Origin: Macrostomum lignano
Lineage: Eukaryota
Length of the DNA: 64,000 nt
Assembly (NCBI GenBank): GCA_002269645.1
Contig: NIVC01000260.1
Span: 679,857-743,856, forward strand
Direction of reading: 5' to 3'
In this document: positions 12,557-23,941 of the stretch, one piece after another
Layout: each line of letters opens with the position of its first letter
Position numbering within the stretch: position 1 is the first letter of the stretch
Notes under the pieces: model-generated
Databases searched by the model: none
The model's input: only the letters and a program-made list of their open reading frames with translations
What the model was told of the DNA's origin: nothing
Translations under genes and position numbers: made by a program

Positions 12557-13862
12557 TTAACAGTAGGAATACCAAGCCATTATTCCGCCCGTCGAACTAC
12601 CAAGGGGGGGGGGGAATTTCCCCTAAACAGAGCAACGCAGGCACACGAAATTCAAGAACACGGGCTAACTTTTTGTTGCGCACCTTCTCAAACATGAATC
12701 AAGTCGCCAGCCCTCCGGACCGTCGAGATATTCGACGATTCTGCCAGAAGGTCGGATTTTTCCCATAAGTGCTAGTGTATTCAGTACACCCCTGTGCGCC
12801 AATTAGCACTGCGCCTCAGTGCAGCCTTGCCCAGTCTCCAAATTTCATCAGCACGTCGACCACATGTGTCTGCATCAGTTCTGACTTTGTTGGTCACTGG
12901 CCTGCACCCAGGTGGAGCTTCTGGACCCTCAACAGCTGTGGCACCAGGTGACTATGGACACCCTGATGCGGATTTCTCTACGAGCTAGTTTCGCCGATCA
13001 AGCCTCGACAGTGGGCAAGAATCAACCGTCAGACATTCTCAGCTAGTCTCTCGAGCATTTCGTCATCACCTTGATGCCGTCGGCACCTTCAACAAATGAC
13101 ACCAGATGACTATGGGCACCCTGATGCTGATTTCTCTAGTTTCGCCGATCAAGCCTCGACAGTGGGCAAGCCTCAACTGCTGGACATCCTCAGCTAGTCT
13201 CTCGAGCATTCCGTCATCACCCCGACGCCATCGGCACCTTCAACAGCTGTGGAGCTTCAGAAATGTTAAGCGCATTATGAAAAATCACGCTCAGGTGTCC
13301 TTACTCACCTGGTGTCACCTGTTGAAGGTGCCGACGGCGTCGGGGTGATGGCTGAATGCTTAACTGACTAGCTGAGGATGTCCAGCAGTTAATTTTTGCC
13401 CACTGTCAAGGCTTGATCGGCGAAACTAGCTCGTAGAGAAATCCGCATCAGGGTGTCCATAGTCACCTGGTGCCACAGCTGTTGAGGGTCCAGAAGCTCC
13501 ACCTGGGTGCAGGCCAGTGACCAACGAAGTCAGAACTGATGCAGACACATGTGGTCGACGTGCTGATGAAATTTGGAGACTGGGCAAGGCTGCACTGAGG
13601 CGCAGTGCTAATTGGCGCACAGGGGTGTACTGAATACACTGGCGCTTATGGGAAAAATCCGACCTTCTGGCAGAATCGTCGAATATCTCGACGGTCCGGA
13701 GGGCTGGTGACTTGATTCTTGTTTGAGAAGGTGCGCAACAAAAAGTTAGCCCGTGTTCTTGAATTTCGTGTGCCTGCGTTGCTCCGTTCCGGCGCAGCAA
13801 AAAAAATTGTCAGGGGGGGGGAATTTCCCCACCCCCTTGGTAGTTCTACGAGCTACTGTTAA
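12557..13862. mobile_element. Foldback (head-to-head inverted) pair of the 151-bp-repeat element family
   Basis: About 12620-13030 is the near-perfect reverse complement of about 13390-13790; the junction at ~13252 falls on GAGCTTC microhomology; both outer ends read TTAACAGTAG...GAACTACCAAGGGGG inward. Confidence 0.85.
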
Positions 13863-13944
13863 TGTGCTCTAAGGTGATTCAGTCGGTTCTATATATGAAG
13901 ATAATATTCCAGAGACAATTATTTTAGACTCAAAGCATCGCCAA

Positions 13945-14661
13945 ATGCTTGTGCTGCTGCTGCTGCTGCTGAGCTGCCAGCTGCTGCAGTCGCAGGCCCT
14001 GCCGTGTCCCGCACCGTTCACCATGCAGGCCGGTCTGTGCCTGTTCGTGAGCACAGCTCACAGCCACAGCTGGTGCTCAGCCAATCGGCAGTGCGCATCG
14101 ATCGGAGGCGAGCTCGTTAACTCGCACAGCTCCATCCTGACACTGAATCGCAGCGGCATCAGCTCATCCTGCAGCTGCCAGCTGTGGATCGGACTGAGCG
14201 ACCTGGCCGATGAGAGAGGCAACAAGAGAGCCGGCTGGCAGAGGGTCAACGGAAACGGCTTCGCTGACCCTCCCTTTGATCTGTTTTACGAATACGAGCC
14301 GTCAGGATATGACGAAAACTGCATTCGAATGGACCATCTGGGGCTGCTCAGAGACGCCAACTGCAGCCATAACTATGGATTCGCTTGCGAGTACAAGGAC
14401 CCCTCTGCTTACCGGAAGCTTGCCAATTGGAAGAAGGTGTCGTTCAAGAGAGCCACCTACAACACCGAGTACTGCTTCACCGATGTGCCGAATGTGAGCA
14501 GCGCCATGAGGTGCATTGCAGCCGCTATGAGTGACGCCAGCTGCAGACACGTGCTGTACAACAGCAAGCTGAGAGCCTGCCGCCTGCTGCTGTTCACCGA
14601 CGCTCAGGTGGAGGCGGAGATCGAGACGAGCGCCGACTGGGTCAAGTTCCGACTGCTCTGA
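13945..14661 (+). CDS. Secreted C-type lectin-PAN protein (copy C, 238 aa, intronless)
   Basis: Signal peptide with poly-Leu; CTLD cysteines; WIGLSD; EPS at the EPN position; conserved C-terminal module. Confidence 0.9.
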   Translation: MLVLLLLLLSCQLLQSQALPCPAPFTMQAGLCLFVSTAHSHSWCSANRQCASIGGELVNSHSSILTLNRSGISSSCSCQLWIGLSDLADERGNKRAGWQRVNGNGFADPPFDLFYEYEPSGYDENCIRMDHLGLLRDANCSHNYGFACEYKDPSAYRKLANWKKVSFKRATYNTEYCFTDVPNVSSAMRCIAAAMSDASCRHVLYNSKLRACRLLLFTDAQVEAEIETSADWVKFRLL

Positions 14662-15299
14662 TTCGAATGGAAAGAATAACACAGATTTTAAGAAAATGAA
14701 AGAAAAGTTACGCTAAAGTTTCTAACTCTGTTGTCGCAATTTTTATCCAGAAGGAATTCGCTTTGAATGGAATCTGAGCTTTATAAACTATTTCTGCAAA
14801 ACTTGAGAAACAATTGAGTAAATTTCGAACATCTAAATACACAATGGCATTCCAAAAATGCATATTTTTTAGCGTTGATAAATTCATTTTTGCTAGGAAC
14901 AATAATCATAGCCTAGAAATAAAATTTGCAAGTTGCCCAGACTTGCTTTGCTAGTAGTTACGATCTGGTTTATAGATTTTTTCGAATCCATAATGCTACG
15001 GTAACGAGCTGCAGTTTAGCAGGTAAGGGGGCACAGCTCAGGGAGAAAGCGGTGAGGCAAACCAGCCAACTCCAAGTAAAACGCATCGCATCTTAAAAGC
15101 ATCGCATAAAAATTGTTAAAACGATTATATATAGATATACATGTAGCAAAGATTTAGCAATGAAGAGGCAAAAACAGTCGAGTGAGGCGCAGCAACGAAA
15201 GGCGCCCCCAGATCGGTCGACGTTCTTCCATCGTTTATTGTTGCAACTAATAAACAGTAGAACTAGCAAGAGAGACTGCGCCGGCACACACACACCTAA

Positions 15300-15650
15300 A
15301 GCAAGAATCAAGTCGCAAACCCATGCACCGTCGAGATATTCAACGATTCTGCCAGAAGGTCGGGTTTCTCCCATAGGCGCCAGTGTATTCAGTACACCCC
15401 TGTGCGCCAATCAGTACTGCGTGGCCTCAGTGCAGCCTTGCCAAGCCTCCAAATTTTATCAGCACGTTGACCATATAAGCTACGTGCCTGCATCAGCTCT
15501 GGCTTCGTTGGTCGGAGCTTCTGGACCTTCAGCAGGTGGCACCAGGTGACTATGGACACCCTGTTGCGAATTTCTCTGGTTTCGCTGATCAAGCCACTGG
15601 GCAAAAATCAACTGCTGGACATCCTCAGCCAGTCTCTCAAGAATTCAGTA
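15300..15650 (+). mobile_element. Diverged partial copy of the 151-bp-repeat element family
   Basis: Aligns by eye to 12695-13030 and 24915-25240 (e.g. GTGTATTCAGTACACCCCTGTGCGCCAAT; GGCACCAGGTGACTATGGACACCCTG). Confidence 0.85.
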
Positions 15651-15849
15651 GTCATCCAAGCGTTATAATATTGTTGTTGTTAAACGGGGTGCCATGCGGC
15701 GTGGACCTACCGATCTACCGATGATACGAGAGCGTAATAGGGGTAGGTCAGAAGCGTATGCTAGCTGGGGCCATCTCAACATTGAATTCCTATGGGTTGC
15801 CTCACAAAGATGGCAGACCCATACGGCGGGGTTCAAAGGCGAAAATGTT

Positions 15850-18190
15850 GGGGGTCCTGACTGCGAAGCTGTTTATGATTTGCAAGGCTTGGCACCGCCA
15901 ACCCACCTTGTGGACCTGCTTCGATCTCCTCAGAGACCAACCACAGGCGTAACCTATACCCATCGGGCCAGGTCAGTTTCGCCATGGCGGGGTACCAACT
16001 TCTGGGGCTCATGCCTTCCAGGTGGCCCTTTTTTGGATGCAGCTACTGAGGCACAAGGCCTGACCAGGTGGTCCATTTGCCAGCTCCCATCGCAGGTAGG
16101 ATCCGCTCGCCAACTGGTAGGAGAAAACAGGCTGCCTGTCGCCAAGCTTGCTGATGCAGAGGTGATTCTCTAGCACGGCCACCGGGCAAAGCGGGTGTCC
16201 GACTTTTAGCCTTGGAAGCAACACTCGCTGCAGCATCGCGACAAACTGGTTCGTCTTGCCATAACTGACGGAGAGCACAACCGAAAGTGGCGTTGAAAGG
16301 CTGAGATGGAGATCGATAAAGCGGAGACTGGACCGCCGAAACACCCCCCACCTAGCAATCAGGCTCACAAGCCAGCAGACTCTACCAGGTTACTGCTCAA
16401 ATTAAGCTGGATCCTCACAGACATCTGCAGATTCCGTCTTGGCCGCTGGCCCATTCTGTTTTGTTAGGTCCTCAGCACCACAGGCTTTGACTTAGCTGGA
16501 CAGTGCACTGACGTGGACACGCTGACTGTTAAACGATCTCAGGCGGCATTCAACCAGGTGAGCCAGGTAGTTGGGTAAGCACCGACCAGTCGGATCGAAC
16601 CGGGTTGGTCCCGTTCTCGCTGCAGTAACTGCGCCAGGACCGGACGGCCGCTGAGATCGGCCCTACGCGACTGCGGTGCGTACGGTCTGCTGCGGCGAGG
16701 AGGCCGGAGGCGGCGGTGCCGAGGGTGATCCGAAAATTCTGCAGGGAAAATTTGCACAGAGACATAAAAACTGAAAAAAATGAGCAACTCATTAGCAGCA
16801 TCGGCAAACAGCTGATAGACACCCTGGAACGGGAAACACCGTAAAAATTTTACGTCAAAACACGGACAGAGCAACGCAACAAACTACAGCAACCACATAA
16901 GCCGCGAGTCCTTGGAGACGCCTCGTCTCAGAATCCAACACGCCCTATCATTGTCGCACCTGACCCCCGGCCAAGGATTGGCCCGATCTCAAAACAGCCG
17001 GCAAGATAACCACAGCCTCCTTGAAATCGATGCAGTAATGCTGATAAACACCATTCGCGCCAGTCTGCCAGACAATGAAGCACCAATCGCGAATTCTATC
17101 AACGTCACAGAGCACAGCCGCAGCACCTGAAGACGACGAGTCGGTCTCCATGGTAACACAAGCCCTCCGCGAAGTCTACAGACCAATACCGATGCAATGC
17201 TGCAAAGCCAAACGCCACCAGGAGAGGTGGTGCACCACGGAGGGGCCAACAAGAATCCTGTCATGAGGCCGATTCAGTTTGTCGAAAATGTCGATTAGAG
17301 GTCGGAGGAAAACTCTCCCGTGCCGAACAACTTGCGACGCCCAGTTTAACATGCCAATCAGCTTTTGTAAACTTGACTTTGACAGCCTTTTCTTCGAAGA
17401 GCAGAGAGATAAAACGTGCAAAAAACTTTGGACCTTGTCGACAGGAAGACATCTGACCGCCAGCCACGCTATCGAATAAAATTCCCAGAAAGGTCATCCG
17501 CGTTGTCGGTGGAACAACACTTGCTACGATTCAGTGAATACCAGCCGCTCCAGCAGATCGATGAGATGATTGTAGAACTTCCAGCAGCACTCTCCAGATC
17601 TCCACAAAAGACGAAGTCATCCATGTAGGTCTCTATGGCGTCGAAACCATGTTTCAACATCATAAAACGCACAGTTTGACTCAGCTCATGACAGTACAAA
17701 ACGGAAGCCGAAGCCCAAAAGAGCATACAGGTGCACAGAATCTGCACAGAACAGTAGCCGATCTGTGATTTGCCGTGTGCTTCTTAAAATCCATCACTTT
17801 GAATTGCCGTGTACTTCTGAAGCTGTTCTTTACACCATCGAGCACGAACCTGACTCGGTCCTTCGGCATCTCGGTCCCAGCCAGCTCTTCCCGTCAAACC
17901 ACAAAGACAAGGTCGCTTGGCAATTCCGTTGAGCTCGGGCCCCTTTAGGGAAGTTCCTCCGTGGGGGCACATGGTGACCCGGCGGAGGACTTCGAGTCCT
18001 GTGCCCCCAAGTCGATAAAGTCGCCAAACGACAGCGACTCGGGACTGACGTGCCTTAACCGCACAGGCCTTGTCAGTCGAACAACAGACTTCCTTGTCTC
18101 CTTGTCTCCGCTTCTGCAAGCATTCGTTGTTGGTGTCTTTCTTGTCATCTTGAGTACGAGTGTACATATTATGGCGCCTCTCTAGTGTAC
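15850..18190 (-). mobile_element. Degenerate DIRS/Ngaro-type tyrosine-recombinase retrotransposon
   Basis: Order on minus strand: pol start (FVLDGVKNSF..NHRSA), RT YMDDF, TFLGILFDS, LQKLIGMLNWASQVVRHGRVFLRPLID, RNase H TDSSSSGAAAV..W, then YR-like KTNQF..HPLCPV..P.F; multiple frameshifts and deletions. Confidence 0.85.
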
Positions 18191-19551
18191 ATTCTCTAGA
18201 CTCTAGTGAGAAAGGTATTAAAAAGTATTATGATGCTTTTTTCTCGTATGTAATACATTGTAAACTAACAATTTATGTTGTATTAAAATAGGTATAATTC
18301 TTGCCCCTTATGTTACTTATAATAGCGCCTTAAGTCTTCTTCAAGACAGGAAATGTGAGGGCTGATTGATGCATGGGGTGGCTGGGGACTCAGATAGGAC
18401 TGATAGCAATTATATAAGCAGACTTTTAAACAATGGAATGGAATGCCAGCAGCTTTTACATGTCGTTTTGGATATAGCTGCTGTTTATGGATCTTCAATT
18501 TTAGAAAAAAATAATCCCATGAGAAAGGACTGGCAACGGAGTAAAAAATCTGTTCCAAGAGGACCGAAGGCGGACCCACAAAAACAACACCTGCAGGAGT
18601 TCTTTTGATGGTTTTAAGAGTGCAAACTGTACATTTACAGTCAGAATTTCTGGTTTTAGAAAAATAATAAACAATATTGATTGTCTGCTGGGAAAAAGAC
18701 TTGTCAGAGTCCTATCTGGGTCTTCCGGACTCATCTTTTCACACCGGGATGAGAGGTAAAAACGCGTTGCATGCACAACTAAATCAGAATCGCCAATAAT
18801 GTTTGATTTACTGCGAGCTTGAGAGAAATTAGAAAGGAAGGTTCCGCAATCCACATTTTCATGACGCTGATTTTTAATAGAACTGGTGGACAAGGCAGTT
18901 TCCTCGCACACATGTATAGGGGTGATTCTCGTAATCATCAAACGGGGAACAATGGGGGCATGGGTATGACTCAAACGCACTGGAGGACGCGGTGCGCTAG
19001 CACTGCAAGAGTGCCCGGCACAACAGCAAAAGAACTGCTGGACAAGAAAGTCAAAAAAGGGATATTGCTGCTAATTGAAGTCTCAAAGCCAACCATACCA
19101 AGTTCAGCCTCGGATGCATCAGGTGGCCAAAAGTTTTGGTAAAGTTTACCCTTCCACAGCGGATAATGGACACAGCAAATGCAACTCTTGCCAGCTCACG
19201 ACTGTCAATAAACCCCGGATGTGGCGTCTTCCTACACAAATGTGGAAATAAAACTGTTCCCCAAAATCGACATTGCAAAATGAAGAAGAAAATGGAATAA
19301 GAGAGGAGAGAGGATTGTATCTGCATCGTCAAGGGATTTTCACAGACATTGAGACAGTCAGATCGAGACACCCAACAGTAGAAGAAAGCGACAAGTGACT
19401 GCAGGCGGAATCAAACTCTTGCAGCAAAGAATCGAACAACAACAAAAAGGCAAGAATTAAACTGCCATTAAATCATATAGAAATAATGAGCATTCCTACG
19501 AATTCTCGTGGCCTGAAATTTACGCTTTTTAGGTTCAGAGAGCATCGCCAA

Positions 19552-20271
19552 ATGCATGCGCTGCTGCTGCTGCTGCTGCTGAGCTGCCAGCTGCTACCGA
19601 CGCAGGCCCTGCCGTGTCCCGCACCGTTCACCATGCAGGCCGGTCTGCGCCTGTTCGTGAGCACAGCTCACAGCCACAGCTGGTGCTCAGCCAATCGGCA
19701 GTGCGCATCGATCGGAGGCGAGCTCGTTAACTCGCACAGCTCCATCCTGGCGCTGAGTAGCAGCGGCATCAGCTCATCCTGCAGTTGCCACCTGTGGATC
19801 GGACTCAGCCAGCTGGCAGACTACAGAGGCAAGAGTACGGCTGGATGGCAGAGGGTCAATGGCAACGGCATCTTTCCGGATGACAGCACTCTGCTCAGAG
19901 GGCTGAGTGACAACTATGAAGAATTCTGTCTAAGAATAAAACCTGATGGAAAGATCGCTACAAGAGAATGCTGGAAAAATTATGGATTCATCTGCGAGTT
20001 CGTGAACAAAACTGGACCCCAAGCTGATCGAACCTGGACGGCCGCCCGCTTTGACCCAGCGAATTACAACAACTCCTACTATTGCTTCGAAGATGCAAAA
20101 AACATTGATAGCGTCATCGAGTGTACAGCTGCTGGCATGTGTGCGGCCAGCTGCAGACACGTGCTGTACAACAGCAAGCTGAGAGCCTGCCGCCTGCTGC
20201 TGTTCACCGACGCTCAGATGGAGGCGGAGATCGAGACGAACGCCGACTGGGTCAAGTTCCGCCTGGTCTGA
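19552..20271 (+). CDS. Secreted C-type lectin-PAN protein (copy D, 239 aa, intronless)
   Basis: The ATG at 19552 matches the start of copy C; the first ~65 codons are near-identical to C; the core is divergent (LSDN at the EPN position); the 3' block is conserved. Confidence 0.88.
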   Translation: MHALLLLLLLSCQLLPTQALPCPAPFTMQAGLRLFVSTAHSHSWCSANRQCASIGGELVNSHSSILALSSSGISSSCSCHLWIGLSQLADYRGKSTAGWQRVNGNGIFPDDSTLLRGLSDNYEEFCLRIKPDGKIATRECWKNYGFICEFVNKTGPQADRTWTAARFDPANYNNSYYCFEDAKNIDSVIECTAAGMCAASCRHVLYNSKLRACRLLLFTDAQMEAEIETNADWVKFRLV

Positions 20272-20545
20272 TTCGAAGGGAACAAACACACTACAGAGCA
20301 GATCGTACAGGTTCAATTGCACCTGTTTGTCCCTTATTATTTAAATAACTAAGATTAAATATCAAATTTATCACGAACTGTTGTCTTAATGAGCAAAAAG
20401 TACTAGCAAGTTAAATAAACAATGGCATTCCAAAAAGCAGGTTTTATTTCAGTCTTCCAGTATTTCATTTTTTACGCACAGCAGATTATAGGCTCAGATA
20501 CTAACTACATAGATACTACCAGATTCGTTTTTTTATGCGCACGAC

Positions 20546-20712
20546 TCCTGGGAGGGGCAGGAATCCCAGGAGGGGTGGGAATCCCAGGAGGGTGGGAATC
20601 CCAGGAGGAATGGGAATCCCAGGAGGGGTGGGAATCCCAGGAGGGGTAGGAATCCCAGGAGGGGTGGGAATCCCAGGAGGGGTGGGAATCCCAGGAGGGG
20701 CGGGAATCCTTT
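20546..20712 (+). repeat. 18-bp G-rich minisatellite (CCAGGAGGGGTGGGAATC) x~9
   Basis: Direct reading. Confidence 0.93.
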
Positions 20713-20744
20713 TAGGGGCTTGCGGCATCCATATCGCGCGCTCG

Positions 20745-20930
20745 GGTGCCTACATATCGGTAAATACATATCCGGGCGCTACATATCGATACCTACATAT
20801 CAAAGAGCGTACATATCGGGGCACCTGCGGGGCGCGTACATATCAGGGCGCCTACATTTCGGCGCTTAGCGCCATGCGCCGGCGGGGTGCCTGCGGCATA
20901 CATATCGGGACGACTTTGGGGTACGAAATC
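20745..20930 (+). repeat. Degenerate repeats of a TACATATCGG motif
   Basis: The motif recurs about eight times with variable spacers. Confidence 0.55.
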
Positions 20931-21067
20931 GGCACTTGGCGCCGCGCGCCTGCCGGTGCTTGGCGTCGAGTGCCGACCAGAGGCGAGATGGGTTGAAATC
21001 AACCTCACCTCCAAAAAGGGCCCTTAATAAGTCTCTAGTAGTGCTTTTTAGATCTCAAAAACCTAAA

Positions 21068-23015
21068 AAGATGTGTTTTAGGTCTGCAGGATCTACCTGT
21101 AGGTGTGTTTTAGGTCTGCAGGATCTACCTGTAGGTGTGTTTTAGGTCTGCAGGATCTAAATGTAGTTGTGTTTTAGGTCTGCAGGATCTACATGTAGGT
21201 GTGTTTTAGGTCTGCAGGATCTACATGTAGGTATGTTTTAGGTCTGCAGGATCTACACGTAGGTGTGTTTTAGGTCTGCATGATCTATAGGTGTGTTTTA
21301 GGTCTGCAAGATCTAAATGTAGGTGTGTTTTAGGTTCGCAGGATCTATAGGTGTGTTTTAGGTCTGCAGGATCTATAGGTGTGTTTTAGGTCTGCAGGAT
21401 CTATAGGTGTGTTTTAGGTCTGCAGGATCTACATGCAGGTGTGTTTTAGGTCTCCAGGATCTATAGGTGTGTTTTAGGTCTGCAGGATCTATAGGTGTGT
21501 TTTAGGTCTGCAGGATCTATAGGTGTGTTTTAGGTCTGCAGTATCTACATGTAGGTGTGTTTTAGGTCTGCAGGATCTACATGTAGGTGTGTTTTAGGTC
21601 TGCAGGATCTATAGGTGTGTTTAGGTCTGCAGTATCTACATGTAGGTATGTTTTAGGTCTGCAGGATCTACATGTAGGTGTGTTTTAGGTCTGCAGGATC
21701 TACACGTAGGTGTGTTTTAGGTCTGCAGGATCTATAGGTGTGTTTTAGGTCTGCAGGATCTATAGGTGTGTTTTAGGTCTGCAGGATCTATAGGTGTGTT
21801 TTAGGTCTGCAGTATCTACATGTAGGTGTGTTTTAGGTCTGCAGGATCTACACGTAGGTGTGTTTTAGGTCTGCAGGATCTACACGTAGGTGTGTTTTAG
21901 GTCTGCAGGATCTACATGTAGGTGTGTTTTAGGTCTCCAGGATCTAAATGTAGGTGTGTTTTAGGTCTGTAGGATCTATAGGTGTGTTTTAGGTCTGCAG
22001 GATCTATAGGTGTGTTTTAGGTCTGCAGGATCTACATGTAGGTATGTTTTAGGTCTGCGGGATCTACACGTAGGTGTGTTTTAGGTCTGCAGGATCTATA
22101 GGTGTGTTTTAGGTCTGCAAGATCTACATGTAGGTGTGCTTTAGGTCCGCAAGATCTACGTGTGTTTTAGGTCTGCAGGATCTACCTGTAGGTGTTTTTT
22201 AGGTCTGCAGGATCTACATGTAGGTGTGTTTTAGGTCTCCAGGATCTATAGGTGTGTTTTAGGTCTGCAGGATCTATAGGTGTGTTTTAGGTCTGCAGGA
22301 TCTATATGTGTGTTTTAGGTCTGCAGTATCTACATGTAGGTGTGTTTTAGGTCTGCAGGATCTACACGTAGGTGTGTTTTAGGTCTGCAGGATCTACACG
22401 TAGGTGTGTTTTAGGTCTGCAGGATCTACATGTAGGTGTGTTTTAGGTCTGCAGGATCTACACGTAGGTGTGTTTTAGGTCTGCAGGATCTATAGGTGTG
22501 TTTTAGGTCTGCAGGATCTACATGCAGGTGTGTTTTAGGTCTGCGGGATCTACATGTAGGTGTGTTTAGGTCTGCAGGATCTACATGTAGGTGTGTTTTA
22601 GGTCTGCAGGATCTATAGGTGTGTTTAGGTCTGCAGTATCTACATGTAGGTATGTTTTAGGTCTGCAGGATCTACATGTAGGTGTGTTTTAGGTCTGCAG
22701 GATCTACACGTAGGTGTGTTTTATGTCTGCAGGATCTATAGGTGTGTTTTAGGTCTGCAGGATCTACATGTAGGTGTGTTTTAGGTCTGCAGGATCTACA
22801 TGTAGGTGTGTTTAGGTCTGCAGGATCTACATGTAGGTGTGTTTTAGGTCTGCAGGATCTATAGGTGTGTTTAGGTCTGCAGTATCTACATGTAGGTATG
22901 TTTTAGGTCTGCAGGATCTACATGTAGGTGTGTTTTAGGTCTGCAGGATCTACACGTAGGTGTGTTTTAGGTCTGCAGGATCTATAGGTGTGTTTTAGGT
23001 CTGCATGCAGGTGTG
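21068..23015 (+). repeat. ~1.9-kb satellite of 32-bp (AGGTGTGTTTTAGGTCTGCAGGATCTACATGT) and 28-bp variant units
   Basis: Direct reading; 28- and 32-bp units are interspersed. Confidence 0.97.
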
Positions 23016-23463
23016 TTTTTGTATGGGTAATCCATACAGAATTTTGGCGATGGTTATGCTACTCAACTCGGTGAAGACTTGCTCCTTGTATCAGCAATTT
23101 AGCAACAAACAATTTCTGCAAAATTTAAAAAGAAATTAGAATATCGTGATTTTGTTGGAATTTAGGTATAAGGCAGATCAGATCGGCTGGCTACATTTAT
23201 CAAAAAATCTTAAAATATTATTTAAAAACGATAATAGAGAATTTGAAAATATATATCATATCATAATTGAAAGTTTTTATGATATCCGGATTTTTTAAAC
23301 TAAAACTAAACTAAACTAAAAACTAAACTACTCGTATTTCAAACTAAAAAACAGAAGTTGATACTGTAGGAGCTGGCAAAATAGTTTATTGAAGTTCTGT
23401 TGAAAATTAGCGTATATAGAGTTGCTATCGCATCAGGATCGTCAGCTGTTGCTAGCAGGTGGC

Positions 23464-23941
23464 TCACAGCCGGGAGCTGATGGCAGCCACAGCGGCAGCT
23501 GGCAACAGCAGCAGCCAGAAGAGACTGCCGAGTCGCTCACCGAAGTTGCAGAGGTCAGTGCTGCAGCAATAGACTTCGTTTCCATACCGGTCGATTCCCG
23601 GGTTGCAGTAGCTGGCGCAGAAGCGGTCCACAGTCCCGGTGCCAGTGTATTTGTACTTCTGCAATTAGTCACACCGAATGATGAGGTGAATCATGAGCTG
23701 ATCAAACTGTCTGACAGGTTTAACTCACGGCACAGGCGTTGCAGCCGCTAAAAACCCTGCTTTTGTTGCGATCGAATGTCTCGCTGCAGGATGTGCAGTT
23801 GTAGCAGTCCAGGTTGAAAGCATTGGCGCTGAGCGTCACAGCTGCAAGGACGATTTGGTTTCCATAGAAACTAAGAAGCTAGATCAACCAGTCACTTCAC
23901 TACTCACCTCCGAGCACCAGAAGAAGCAGGGTGAAGCGCAT
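23464..23941 (-). CDS. GPI-anchored Ly6/uPAR (three-finger, CD59-like) protein, 113 aa, 3 exons (23941-23908, 23841-23729, 23658-23464)
   Basis: Signal peptide MRFTLLLLVLG; 10 Cys including CYNC and CCSTDLCN; hydrophobic C-terminal tail; GT-AG introns of 66 and 70 nt with consistent phases. Confidence 0.92.

Noticed and set aside
18190-19300. Possible transposase or other coding relic
   Set aside because: Several short ORFs but no motif I could assign with confidence; needs a translated profile search.
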